Part shown: positions 36,756-48,628 of the stretch, one piece after another
How the letters are laid out: each line of letters opens with the position of its first letter
Numbering within the stretch: the stretch's first letter is position 1
The notes under the pieces: model-generated
The model's database searches: none
Told to the model about the DNA's origin: nothing
What the model saw: only the letters and a program-made list of their open reading frames with translations
DNA from: Ascoidea asiatica JCM 7603
Taxonomy: Eukaryota > Fungi > Ascomycota
Length of the DNA: 64,000 nt
Assembly: GCA_001600695.1 (NCBI GenBank)
Contig: BCKQ01000001.1
Span: forward strand, 414,279-478,278
Direction: 5' to 3'
Translations under genes and position numbers: made by a program

Positions 36756-38423
36756 TTAAACATCTTCTGAATGAATTGGAGATTCTTCTTTTTCAAAAGG
36801 TTCAATATCCTTGGAACCAGAAACTTTATAAGCTGCAAGATTATCACCAAAAACTATACCAACTTCTTCTAAAGTATGACCACTTGTTTCTGGGAATAAG
36901 AAATAAACAAGTACTAATTCAACAGCAATTATACAATCATAAACAATATAATATTTCCATTCAATTGCATCCATAGCAATTGAATTAACAAAACCATTAT
37001 AAACAAGAACAATTTGATTAACCATTTGAAAAACTGTGAAACCTTTAGCTCTTAAATAATATGGTAAAATTTCACTAATATATAAAATTGGTAAACCATT
37101 TAAACCAAAATCATAAGAAAGGTAATATAAGAAAATCATTGCTAAAACACCATTTGCTAAAGATTTATCTTCAAAATTATTTTTTTGATTTAAAGCTGAT
37201 AAAATTGTCCAAATTACATATGTAATTAACATCATAATAAATGAAGAAATAAACATTGTTCTTCTTTTAAATAATAAAGTCATAAATGCAAAACACATTG
37301 ATAAAACCATATTATAAGTCATTAAACAACCATTAATTAATAATTGACGACTTGAACTTGTTATACCAATTGATTCTAATACAAGTACTAAATAATAAGA
37401 AACTAAACCATTACCAGATAATTGCATCATTGTTGGTACAAGTAATAAAATTAAAGATCTTTTTCTATTTGGAGCAGATTCAAAAAATGCTTTATAACTT
37501 GTACTTTTACCAATTTTTTCTTCTTGTAAAACTTGTTCAATTTCTGCAAGTTCAAAATCAACTAATTTTCCACCAATTAATTCATCACCATTTGCATGAT
37601 ATTTAAGTAATAAATTTCTTGCTTCTTCAAATTTACCTTTTGAAACTAACCATCTTGGACTTTCAGGAATTAAAAATATACAAAAAAGTTGAGCTAAAGG
37701 GAAAAAACCTTGTAATAAAGATGGAGTTCTCCAAGACCAACTACCAGAAATATCTTTTGTACCATAAGTAATCCAAGCAGCTAAAACAGCACCAAGATAC
37801 CAACAAGTATTAAAAAAAGCAGTACAAACTTGACGATGAGAAGGATAAGATAATTCAGCAGTTAATGGAGGAGCAGCAACAGCAGCAAAACCATTACCAA
37901 AACCAATAATCATTCTTGAAATTAAAAATTGAGCATAATTTTTTGTACAAACTTGAATAATTGCACCAATAATCATCATAATATCACCAAAAGCTAAAGC
38001 TTTAACTCTACCATATTTATCAATAATAAAAGAAGTAAAAAATAAAGAAATTATTATACCAAAAGTTACACCATTTGATAAAACACCTAAAATTTGACCA
38101 GTTGGATGACCCATTTCAATTTGCCAATTTTCAAGAGATTGTAAACTATTCATTATTGAACCATCATAACCAGAATTTGTTGAGGCAATTGAAATTATAA
38201 AAATTATAATATTTAACCATCTTAAATGTGGTACATTAATCCAAGGTTTATCATATGAAGGAGTAACTTTTTCAATTGGAGTAATTTCATCACTCATATT
38301 ACCAGATAAAATTTTTTCCCAATTTGTTTTTTTTATAAATTGAACATTATCATTAGGATTATTATTATTATTATTATTATTATTGTTATTTAAATCTGAT
38401 TGATTTTTTTCATCATTTGACAT
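36756..38423 (-). CDS. Sugar porter of the Lac12/cellodextrin-transporter subfamily
   Basis: GYDGSIMNSLQ, AELSYPSHR, WSWRTPSLLQ, PESPRWL, QLSGNGLVSYY, Y..EILPY.LRAKG and FPETSGHTLEE. Confidence 0.88.
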   Translation of the reverse strand: MSNDEKNQSDLNNNNNNNNNNNPNDNVQFIKKTNWEKILSGNMSDEITPIEKVTPSYDKPWINVPHLRWLNIIIFIISIASTNSGYDGSIMNSLQSLENWQIEMGHPTGQILGVLSNGVTFGIIISLFFTSFIIDKYGRVKALAFGDIMMIIGAIIQVCTKNYAQFLISRMIIGFGNGFAAVAAPPLTAELSYPSHRQVCTAFFNTCWYLGAVLAAWITYGTKDISGSWSWRTPSLLQGFFPLAQLFCIFLIPESPRWLVSKGKFEEARNLLLKYHANGDELIGGKLVDFELAEIEQVLQEEKIGKSTSYKAFFESAPNRKRSLILLLVPTMMQLSGNGLVSYYLVLVLESIGITSSSRQLLINGCLMTYNMVLSMCFAFMTLLFKRRTMFISSFIMMLITYVIWTILSALNQKNNFEDKSLANGVLAMIFLYYLSYDFGLNGLPILYISEILPYYLRAKGFTVFQMVNQIVLVYNGFVNSIAMDAIEWKYYIVYDCIIAVELVLVYFLFPETSGHTLEEVGIVFGDNLAAYKVSGSKDIEPFEKEESPIHSEDV

Positions 38424-38912
38424 TTTTATTTATGATTAAAATTAAGTTAATTATGAGTAAGAGATATGTATATAAAGTTAAAAGAATTTAATAGAATTTA
38501 ATAAAATTTAATAAATATTAAATATTTTTGATTTTTTTAAAATGAAAAAGAAAAAAAAAAAGAAAATAATAATAAAGAATTAAATGAAAGTATTTATATA
38601 ATTTCTTTTTTTTATCGAATTTAAGCATTTCAAGAATTTAAAATATTTGAAATATTTGAAAGAATTGAAATAATTGAGAGAATTGAAAGAAATGATTTGA
38701 TTCATTTAATTCAAATATTGAACAAATAAAAGAATTTTAGATTAAACGATTAAAAAAAATAATGACTTTAAAAATATAAAATCGTGTAGTTTCGGTGAAT
38801 AAAGAAGAAGAAATAAAAGAAATAATTGAATAAAGATAATATATTAATATTGAATTTTTATAATATATTAGGGATAATAAAAGTATAATAAAGAATTTAA
38901 AGTTATAAACAT

Positions 38913-38938
38913 CTGGGGAAGAGATTAGTTTACCCCAT
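38913..38938. promoter_or_regulatory. Paired Mig1/CreA-like GC boxes upstream of the sugar porter
   Basis: CTGGGG at 38913-38918 and CCCCAT at 38933-38938, inverted with AT-rich flanks; GTGGAG at about 39112. Confidence 0.4.
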
Positions 38939-39778
38939 TTATAAATGTTGATTATTTATGATTATTAGCATAATTAAAATAAATTAAAAGATTAAAAATT
39001 ATGAAAGTTATGAAAGTTATGAGATATAGTTCATTTTTAGTTATTATAAAATTAATAAAATCCGGAGAATCGGATTAATTGAATAATGTTACAATTTTGA
39101 TTGTTATTGAAGTGGAGTAAAATTATTTAATATGATACTGAAATGAATAGAGAAACAATTTGAATATAAATTATATTTTTATATTTTTGATATTCTACTA
39201 ATTTTGAAGAAAAATGTAATATTTTTTTGTATCTATTGGTATTTTTATTGAATATTAAGTTCATTTGAAATTGAAATTGAAATTGAAAGTTATGAAGTTA
39301 AGTGAAAGTTAAATAAATATTAAATAAATGTTAAATAAATATTGAATATGCACTCCACATAAATATGACGTATGGAAGCGTTAACGAAGGTCAGGAAATG
39401 AAATCGATATTGAAAGTTAAGATATGAAGTGTCATTGAAAAGAAGAAAATATTCTTTTAGTTTGATAATTTTATAATAGTATAAATTAAAGTGGATTTTA
39501 TTGAATTGAATTGTAGATTTATATTGAAACATACTTTGAGGTAAACTTTCATATTAAAGTTGGTTTAAGTAACGTTACTACTTATAAAAAAAGGGTTTTG
39601 AAAGGAATGAAAGAGAATTATTCTTATTTTACACCTATTGATGAAATCATAGAATTGAAAATCCTTTACTTAAACAGAATTCCCAAGGGAATATGAAGAG
39701 ACAAGTAGTTGAATATATCATAGCAGTCTGACTTGATGATGATGAATAAATGTAATTAAAGGAATATGAATAAAGAAA

Positions 39779-39809
<31 letters not shown>

Positions 39810-40638
39810 TAAATAATGAATATAAAATCGAGTCAGCGCTTAAAATCTCATTTTTATGATTCTAGAAATTGATTTCGTGTTTGTTCTTAGAATGACGTAG
39901 TGTCTTCTAGAACAATGCTTTATTCTATTTCTTTTCTTAAGTATGGGAAGTGAACTTTTGTTTATAATTTGAATTAGATATCTTCTTAGTAATAATTAGA
40001 TATTTCGTTCGAACTACAATCAAAATGTAAACATCCGCCTCCGTGCCAAGTCCGTAATAATATCCATATCCGTATAGCCAGCCGGGACATGGGATTATAA
40101 ACCATGTCACGGATTGTCATGTGATCCGTCATGCGCTATTCTGTATGTATTATCTTTTCTGCATATTACCGCTTTCCTCCACCTTATCTCCACGTGACTC
40201 TTTTTTGATCGGTGCTGCGTTTTTCGTATCTTCACTTTCTTCACTTTCTCACTCGCTTCGCTGCTTAACGATAACGTTAGATGCTTTTGATAATATTTCA
40301 TACTTATATTAACCTTATGATATACTGATATACTGATATACTGATATACTGATATACTGATATACATAGAATAGAAGTAAATAGATAGAGATATAGAAAT
40401 AGATCAAAGATGTTTATTGATTAAGTTATAATTGCTTTAATATTTATTGCTTTAAATTTCACTAAAAAATATTTATTTTACCTTAATTATATTCATTATT
40501 TCATTTATTATATCATTGATTATATCATTGATTATATCATTGATTATATCATAAAGTATCTCATGTCAATGATATAATCAATTGCTATCTACTAAAATAT
40601 AAATAATATAAATCATAGATCATATAAATATAATTGAA

Positions 40639-40698
<60 letters not shown>

Positions 40699-40778
40699 AA
40701 TGATAATAATAATATTAACAATAAAATAATCTTCATTTTAACAATAATCTCATAATTCATACATAGTAAATAAAAAAA

Positions 40779-42344
40779 ATGCTAAAATATTTCCCAAAAC
40801 CAAGAAAATCAACTTCATTAATATTTTCATCTTTAGTTGCTTTAGTTTCTGGAACACCATATTTTTATTCATATTATTCACAACAATTAATTTTAAAATG
40901 TAATTTAAATGGTAAAAAATCTTCAATTTTAACAATTGCTTTAACTTTAGGTATGTCATTTGGTGGTTTACCAGCTGGAATAATTATTGATAAATTTGGT
41001 ACTGAATTTTCAAATTTATTATCTTCATTATCTTTATTAATTGGTTATTTATTATTATTTTTAATTTATAATCAATTTATAAAAATTAAAATTCTTTTAT
41101 TCTTAATTTTTTCTTTAATTTTAATTGGTTTTAGTTCTGTTTTAAGTTTATATTCTTCATTAAAATCAATAACTTCAAATTTTAATTCAAAAAAGGGTAT
41201 TGCAAATGGTATTTGTTCTGCATGTTTTGGTTTATCTCCTTTTATTTTCACTTTAATATCTTCAAAGATCTTATCTCATTTTTTTAAAGAAAATAATAAT
41301 AATAATAATAATAATAATATAAATTCAATTTTAATATTCTTAACAATATTTTGTCCATTAATAAATACTTTAGGAATTTTTTTTATTAGAATTATACCTT
41401 CAATTAATAATACAATTAATAATACAATTAATAATACAATTAATAATAACATCTCCAATGATAATATAAATGAATCAACTTCTTTAATAGATCATTCAGT
41501 TTTAAATAATAAACTAAGAAAATCCTCTTTAACTTATTCTATAACTTATCCAATAAATAATGATATTGAAACTACAAGTAATAATAATAATAACAGTCCA
41601 AGTTTTAAAAAACCTCCAATATTTAAAATTTTATCTTCAAAATTATTTATTTTAAATTATATAATCTTAGCAATCTTACATTCAACTTGTCAATTATATA
41701 TACTTCAAATTGGTACAATAATAAATTGTCATTATGATTTTTTTAAATATAATAATATAAATAATAATAATAATACCAATTATTCACCAATTTTATCAAA
41801 ACAACAATGTCAAGCTTTACATGTTTCATTAATTGCAATTTCTTCATTTTTTGGTAGAATTTCATCTGGTTTAATTTCTGATATTTTAATTAAAAATTTT
41901 AAATTTCAAAGACTTTGGTTAATTTCATTTGCTTCTATATTATTTTTTATAACACAATTTAATTTAATTTTTTTAAAAAATTTAAAAAATTTAAATTATA
42001 TTAGTATTATTTCTGGAATTTCTTTTGGTTTTACATTTTCAACTTATCCATGTATAATTTCTGATTATTTTGGTTCTGGTCCAAAAAGTAATTATAGTAC
42101 TATTTGGGGTACAATGACAACTGGTGCTTTTATTATTGTATTATTAATTTCAAATTATTTTGGTTATAATTATGATAAACAAAGTATAAAAATTATTGAA
42201 TTTGATAAAAATAATAATAAAATTATTAAAAAAATTTGTATAAATGGTTATAAATGTTATAATTCAACATTTTATATTACAACTTTTGAATGTTTTTTAG
42301 CAATTTTTTTATCTTTATATGCAATTAATTATAGATATAAACAT

Positions 42345-42387
<43 letters not shown>

Positions 42388-42395
42388 GAAATTAA
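40779..42395 (+). CDS. Nodulin-like MFS transporter (Mch1/YMR155W-like)
   Basis: SGTPYFYSYYSQQL, GLPAGIIIDKFG, QALHVSLIAISSFFGRISSGLISD, TYPCIISDYFG, STIWG and C-terminal C.NG.KCY loop. Confidence 0.85.
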
Positions 42396-43826
42396 TTAAA
42401 ATAAATAAGATTCAGAATCTTTTAAAAATTTTTTATAAGTTAATAATTTAAAAGATTTTGGTAATTTTTTTGAAATTTTTTTATTAAAAATTAAAATATT
42501 ATCATAATATTCTCTTTGTTGATTAATTGTCATGAATTTAAAATTTCTTTCTAAATTTATTGAAATATAATATTGATTAGCATAATTTTTTAAATCATTA
42601 TAAGTAAGTTGTAAAATTGGAATTTGATCATTATTATTTTGAATTTCATTAAAATAAGAATTAAATGCATAATCTAAATTTTGAAAGACATTTTTTTCAA
42701 GAATATTTGTAAAAATATGATAATTAGTAATTATATCATTATTTAATTCAATTTCATCATTATCATTATTGTTATTATTATTACTAATAATGTTATTAAT
42801 TGATAATTTATTATTTAAATTTTTAAAATTTAATTGAGAATGATCAAAATTCCAAAATAAGAAATTATAAATTGAATTTTTATAATCATAATAATTTTTA
42901 AAAATTTTTGAATTTATTGGTTTTAATTCAAAATAATAAAAATCTAAACCTCTTTTTGGTAAATAACCATTTTCTTCCATTTGTATATAAATTTCATTAA
43001 TATTTTCATTAAAATTATTATTATTTAAATTTTCAATTTTAAATTTTCCAAGATTAATTAAAGTAAATTTATTTTTTGGAATAATATCAGAAATATGATT
43101 TGATAAATAATAAGTACCAATTAATTTTTTTTTATTATTGGTATTATTATTAGTATTAATATTGGTATTATTATTAGTATTATTATTAATTTTTTGAAAA
43201 ATTTGAAATTTAATAGTACCTAAACCAAAATTAAATTCTTTAATTGATAAAGCAATATAAAAATTATAAAAACCATTTGAGATAAATAAATTTTTATTAA
43301 AATTAAAAGAATAAATTTCATTAATTGAGATAATATTTTTATTTTTAAAATATTTAAAATTTTGAAAATTATTATTATTTGTTTGAAAATTTTGAATTTG
43401 AAAATTATTTAAATTAAAATAAATTTTTGGAGATTTTAATAATGAATAAATAAAAAACCAAGAATCAGAAATAAATTCAATTTTATTTAAATTTATATTA
43501 TTAATATTAATATTAATATTAATATCAGCGGTTAAAATTTTTTCAATTGAAATTAAATTTAAATAATTTGAAATTAATTTTCTTTGAAAAAATCTAAAAG
43601 AATCTAAAGATTTAATATAATTAATAATTGAAAATAATAAATTTTTTGAAATTTTAAAAATATTTAAAATATTTATATTAAAATCATTAATTAAATAATA
43701 TTTATAAAGTAAATTATTTAAATAATAAAAATGATGATTAACAAATTTTAAATTTGGTACTTTTGATAAGATTTGAAGTTTAATTTCTTCAGGTAAATGA
43801 TTAATTGTTATTTTATTATATGACAT
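42396..43826 (-). CDS. UCC1: F-box protein, Ucc1-like
   Basis: N-terminal F-box LPEEIKLQILSKVPNLKFVNHHFYYL, then YIKSLD..R and FISDSWFFIY segments resembling recalled S. cerevisiae Ucc1 (YVKSLD, YIADSWYIVY). Confidence 0.65.
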   Translation of the reverse strand: MSYNKITINHLPEEIKLQILSKVPNLKFVNHHFYYLNNLLYKYYLINDFNINILNIFKISKNLLFSIINYIKSLDSFRFFQRKLISNYLNLISIEKILTADININININNINLNKIEFISDSWFFIYSLLKSPKIYFNLNNFQIQNFQTNNNNFQNFKYFKNKNIISINEIYSFNFNKNLFISNGFYNFYIALSIKEFNFGLGTIKFQIFQKINNNTNNNTNINTNNNTNNKKKLIGTYYLSNHISDIIPKNKFTLINLGKFKIENLNNNNFNENINEIYIQMEENGYLPKRGLDFYYFELKPINSKIFKNYYDYKNSIYNFLFWNFDHSQLNFKNLNNKLSINNIISNNNNNNDNDEIELNNDIITNYHIFTNILEKNVFQNLDYAFNSYFNEIQNNNDQIPILQLTYNDLKNYANQYYISINLERNFKFMTINQQREYYDNILIFNKKISKKLPKSFKLLTYKKFLKDSESYLF

Positions 43827-44159
43827 TATTATTTGATAAGAATATTGAATAGATGATTATATTGAATATGAAAATTAATAGATAAATAAAAGATTTAACT
43901 TCATTATTTTTGAAAAAAAAGGAAATGAATAAAGTATTTATATTAATTTTGAATAAGAATTATAAGTTCTATCATTTATCATTTATATTTTATATTTTAT
44001 ATTTTATATTTTATTCTATGCAGTTATTGATTAAAATAAAATAAAATAGAATAATCAACAAGTGAGAAAGAAAAAAGTGATAAATAAATACAAAACATAA
44101 AGATTTGTTGTTGTTAGGAAGGAAAAGGAATTTAAAATAGCAAAAAAGAGATACGGGTA

Positions 44160-45278
44160 TCACATGACTTCGTGGAGACCGAAAAGAACGGAAAAGACCG
44201 AAAGGGGGTATGTGCCCTCGGAACTGTCACCAGAATCACCAGAATCACCAGAAGCAGCAGAATTGACAGCAGAATTGACAGCATTGGAGAAAAGAGGAAG
44301 ATTATCAGAGAACTTTATTCTAGAGTAAGAGATGTAGTTATTGTTATCCATGGAAGAAGAGTTATTATTAGTGATTGAATTAGAATGATATGAAGATAAA
44401 GAAAGGTAATTATTTTGTAATTTGATGATATTTAATTTATCAAAATTTATACCAGTATTTATAAATAAATGATTATAAATTGAATCAATTAAAGATATTG
44501 GATGTTTATAATCTTGGGTATTATTTTGAATTAAAAGTTCATTTGTTTTTAATAAAATTATTGATTTTAAATCTATTGGTAAAATTTCAATATTTAAATT
44601 ATTTAAATTATTTGAAATTGTTTTAATTTTATAAAAAATTTTTAAAATTCCAAAATTTTTATAAATTTCAATATCTTCAATATTATTAAATTGATTATTA
44701 AAAGAAAATTGTAATAAAGAATTTAATAATTTATAAATATGATTACTTGGAATAATTATTGATTTAATTGAATCAATATTATTATTATTATTATTATTAT
44801 TGTCATTTATATCTTTTATATTAAAATTTTTATTAATCCAATTCAATATAATTGAATTTAATTTAATTGAAGTAGTTTTAGATAATATTAAAGTTTTATT
44901 ATTATTATTATTTTGAATAAATATAAATAATTGAATTTTAAAATTTATTTTTTTTGGAAATTTAATTATTAAAATATTTATTATATAAAATTTTTTAATA
45001 ATTTCAATAATCTCAATTTTTAAATTTTTTTCAATTTCATTCCAATTTAATTCATTTTCTTTAATGAATTGATTATTAAATTTATAATTAAATAATGAAT
45101 TTGATTTATTAAGTAAAATTAAATTATCTTTTTTTTCAAAATTTTTTTTTAAAAATTTTAAAATTAATTTTTTTAATGAATTTAATTTTAATTCATTAAA
45201 ATTTTTTAATTTATTTATAATTTGAATATTATTTGATTTATATAATTTGAATGTATTATTATAAAGATGATTTGACAT
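44160..45278 (-). CDS. Probable kinetochore CENP-L (Fta1)-like protein
   Basis: N-terminal LYNNTFKLYK and C-terminal LIDSIYNHLFINTGINFDKLNIIKL...RIKF resemble CENP-L family ends; first ATG at 45278 (track start 45293 is TTG). Confidence 0.5.
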   Translation of the reverse strand: MSNHLYNNTFKLYKSNNIQIINKLKNFNELKLNSLKKLILKFLKKNFEKKDNLILLNKSNSLFNYKFNNQFIKENELNWNEIEKNLKIEIIEIIKKFYIINILIIKFPKKINFKIQLFIFIQNNNNNKTLILSKTTSIKLNSIILNWINKNFNIKDINDNNNNNNNNIDSIKSIIIPSNHIYKLLNSLLQFSFNNQFNNIEDIEIYKNFGILKIFYKIKTISNNLNNLNIEILPIDLKSIILLKTNELLIQNNTQDYKHPISLIDSIYNHLFINTGINFDKLNIIKLQNNYLSLSSYHSNSITNNNSSSMDNNNYISYSRIKFSDNLPLFSNAVNSAVNSAASGDSGDSGDSSEGTYPLSVFSVLFGLHEVM

Positions 45279-46619
45279 ATTTTTGTTCTTCAATTGATGA
45301 TTATTTATTCAATAACAATAACAATAACAATAACTTATCCAATACCTTTATTTATTTGTTTGTTTATTTATTTATTTGTTTATTTACCTTTAGATTATTA
45401 TATCCGTGTTTATTTTCAGATCCGTATTCTTGGTATCTGATCCTGACACGGATTCTCCAGTCCGCAGAGTCCACTTTCGCGGGTCTCCTTCGAGTCTGAT
45501 AAAAAATCAAAAGTTTTGTATTTTGGCATTTGTAACCATCAAAACAATTCAAAACAATTCAAAACAATTCAAAACAATTCAATGAATGCTTTACTTCAGT
45601 AACAAAAAAGAAAGAAACAGAAACAGAATCAGTTCTAGTTACTTTGATTCTTTCATAAGCTTCAATCACTTTGTATTTTATTTTGTTTCAAATTCTTTAT
45701 CACTTATTTTCTTTTCAATTTTATTCTTTTTAATAATAATAATTTATAAAAAAACCAAGAAAACTAATAATTGTCACTTTAATGAATAATTCAAATTTTA
45801 AAAATGAATTAATATTTATTATTATTCTTCATTATTTGACAGGAATTTGTATTGATTTTATTAATTAACTCAATAATTTATTTATAATTAAATAAAGGGT
45901 CCTTTTTATATATCACTTTAATTCAAATAAATCTTTATTTAATATATTATATTACTTATTAATAATGATTATTTCAATTACTAATTATAAAATAGGGGTG
46001 AATTAATCATATGTAATGTTACCCTAATTTAATCTAATTAAATTTTTTTCTATTTATTTACTTTTTATCTCGTTATCAATGAATTTAATTATTTAAAATA
46101 AACCAATTAAATTAAAACATTCCGGATCTAAATCAGACTAATTTTAAAAATATAATTATAAAATGTTTTTTTTATCTTTAGTATGAAATAAATTCAAAGG
46201 CACCATTTTATTCATAATTAAATACAAATTTATATATTCAATAAAATGGAGTACATAAATATTACTTATCAAATTATTATCAAATTATTATCAAATTATT
46301 TAAATAATATTGGCTTATTCATTAACAAGTCTTATCACTAATTACCATATTAGATATAAAATATGCTTTTGAAAACATTATAATCTTGGCAATTTTATAT
46401 AAATATTGTATATATATATATATATAATAATTGTCTTTTAAATGTCTTAATAAATAAATGACATAAAAACCATTACTTTCCTCAATTACTTCAATTTCAA
46501 CATCAAATTCTTTATACAAAATTCACTTATTATTATATTCAATATATAATATATAATATATAATATATAATATATAATATATAATATACATACAACATAA
46601 GAACTAAAAGAATTAAATA

Positions 46620-48266
46620 ATGGGAAAAGATATTGAGAAAATAACTACAAATATTTCAAATGGTGTTAAATTAGATCAAGATGCTGCAGTTTTAGCAGAT
46701 TGTGGTTATAAACAAGAATTCACCAGAGGTTATAATTTCTTATCAACTTTTTCTTTTGCATTATCAATATCTGGTTTAATGGGTACAATCTCAATAACTT
46801 TTTTATATCCTTTATGGTCTGGAGGTCCAGCTGCTGCAATTTGGTGTTGGTTTATTGGTTCAATTGGATGTCTTTGTATTGCATGGTCTGTAGCTCATAT
46901 AACTTCATGTTTTCCAACTTCTGGTGGTATGTATTTTACTTTATCAAAAGTTGTACCAAAAAAATATGTTCCAATAGCATGTTGGATTGATGGTTGGTTA
47001 TATTTAACTGGTGTTATTACTGGTGTTACAAGTACTGATTTTGGTGCTTCAACTTTATTATTAGCTATAATTTCAATGAATTCAAATTATTCATATATAC
47101 CAACAAAAGGTCAAACAACTGCAGTTGCAATTTTAATTATGATCACTCATGGTCTTATAAATTCATTACCAAATAAAGTTTTATCATCAATAACAAAATA
47201 TTATTGTTTTATAAATATTGGTACAACAATTGCTTTAATTATACATTTATTAATTAAATGTCCAAATATTAATACAAAAGAATTTACTTTCACAAAAGTT
47301 ATTAATTCAACAGGTTGGAAAAATGATGGATGGGCATTTTTATTTGGATTTTTAAATGTTTCTTGGGTTATGACATGTTATGATTCTGCTTCAAGAATTT
47401 CAGAAGAAACTCATAATGCTGCATATCTTACACCATTAGCTATAGCAAGTGCATTAACTACAACTGCAATTCTTGGTTGGATTTTAGTTATTGTTTTTAC
47501 ATTATGTATGGGAGATAATATTGAATTAATTTTAAATACTACAAGTGGTCAACCAATTGTTGAAGTTTATACATATGCAATGGGTAAAACTTCTGCAACA
47601 GCATATTTATCATTAGCATTTATTATTGTTTGGTTTTGTGGAGCAGTGGCAACATGTTCAACTTCAAGAGGTATTTGGTCATTTGCAAGAGATAAAGGTT
47701 TACCATATTATAAAATTTGGAGTAAAATTGATAAAAAAACTGGTGTACCTTTAAATTCACTTTGGTTATTAATTTTAATTATGTGTCTTTTAACATTAAT
47801 TAATTTAGGTTCAACAATTGCAATGAATGCAATTTTTTCTGCATGTGCTATTGCTACAGATTGGTCATATGTTGTAGTTATTGGATGTTTTATAATGAAT
47901 TCTAAAAAAATGAATATTATTGATGGACCATTTTCATTAGGAAAATTTTGTTTACCAGTTATGATTTTTTCATGTATTTGGACATTATTTGTTTCAATTG
48001 TATTTATATTCCCAAATTATATGCCAGTAACAAAAGAAAATATGAATTATACAGTGGTAATTTTAGGTGCAGTATTTATTGGAGCTGGTGGTTGGTGGGT
48101 TCTAAGTGCTAAAAATTGGTATAAAGGACCAATTTCAAATGTTGATGAAGAATATACTAATGAATTAGAACCAATATTATCTGAAAAAGCTACAAAAATT
48201 TCAATTAATGGAATTAGTAAACAAAGTAATGTAGATGAACCATCAGGAGAAAAATCAAGTCAATAA
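46620..48266 (+). CDS. APC-superfamily amino acid/polyamine/GABA permease (Uga4/Tpo5/Hnm1-like)
   Basis: GYKQEFTR, GGPAAAIW, SCFPTSGGMY, YDSASRISEET, SFARDKGLP, GPFSLGK and NMNYTVV. Confidence 0.92.
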   Translation: MGKDIEKITTNISNGVKLDQDAAVLADCGYKQEFTRGYNFLSTFSFALSISGLMGTISITFLYPLWSGGPAAAIWCWFIGSIGCLCIAWSVAHITSCFPTSGGMYFTLSKVVPKKYVPIACWIDGWLYLTGVITGVTSTDFGASTLLLAIISMNSNYSYIPTKGQTTAVAILIMITHGLINSLPNKVLSSITKYYCFINIGTTIALIIHLLIKCPNINTKEFTFTKVINSTGWKNDGWAFLFGFLNVSWVMTCYDSASRISEETHNAAYLTPLAIASALTTTAILGWILVIVFTLCMGDNIELILNTTSGQPIVEVYTYAMGKTSATAYLSLAFIIVWFCGAVATCSTSRGIWSFARDKGLPYYKIWSKIDKKTGVPLNSLWLLILIMCLLTLINLGSTIAMNAIFSACAIATDWSYVVVIGCFIMNSKKMNIIDGPFSLGKFCLPVMIFSCIWTLFVSIVFIFPNYMPVTKENMNYTVVILGAVFIGAGGWWVLSAKNWYKGPISNVDEEYTNELEPILSEKATKISINGISKQSNVDEPSGEKSSQ

Positions 48267-48488
48267 ATTTGAAAATATATAAATTACCTAAATTTTTTTT
48301 TTTTTATCTTTTTCTTTCCTTGCTAGTTCAATCATTCAATACTTTTTTCTATATTTTAATAAATATTGTATATACAGTATTTATTTCTTTAATAATATAA
48401 AATACACCTTCCTAATTCAGACAGGTCTGTATACAAAAATAGAATTGAGACCATTTTACTGGGACTTCTAAAATGTTTCCACCACACT

Positions 48489-48628
48489 GGATCTACCAAC
48501 ATTACGGGTCTACCAACAAATTGGATCTACCAACATTATGGATCTACCAGCTTAGTGGATCTGCCAGCATCATGGATCTACCACTATAATGGATCTACCA
48601 ACACATTGGATCTACCAGCTTAGTGGAT
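48489..48628. repeat. 17-bp-period tandem array: constant GGATCTACCA core plus variable 7-nt spacer, 8 full units
   Basis: Cores at 48489, 48506, 48523, 48540, 48557, 48574, 48591, 48608 and a partial at 48625. Confidence 0.95.

Noticed and set aside
39600-39735. Possible C/D snoRNA or degraded coding fragment
   Set aside because: Box matches are weak, no recognisable guide, and the ORFs are under 30 codons with no family resemblance.
40083-40129. Two short adjacent inverted repeats (GACATGG/CCATGTC, ACGGAT/ATCCGT)
   Set aside because: Six- to seven-bp stems in a GC-rich promoter are readily explained by chance or TF half-sites.
48489-48628. CRISPR array interpretation of the repeat-spacer structure
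   Set aside because: Repeat (10 nt) and spacers (7 nt) are far too short, spacers are related to each other, the host is a eukaryote and there are no cas genes. Kept as an unexplained array.
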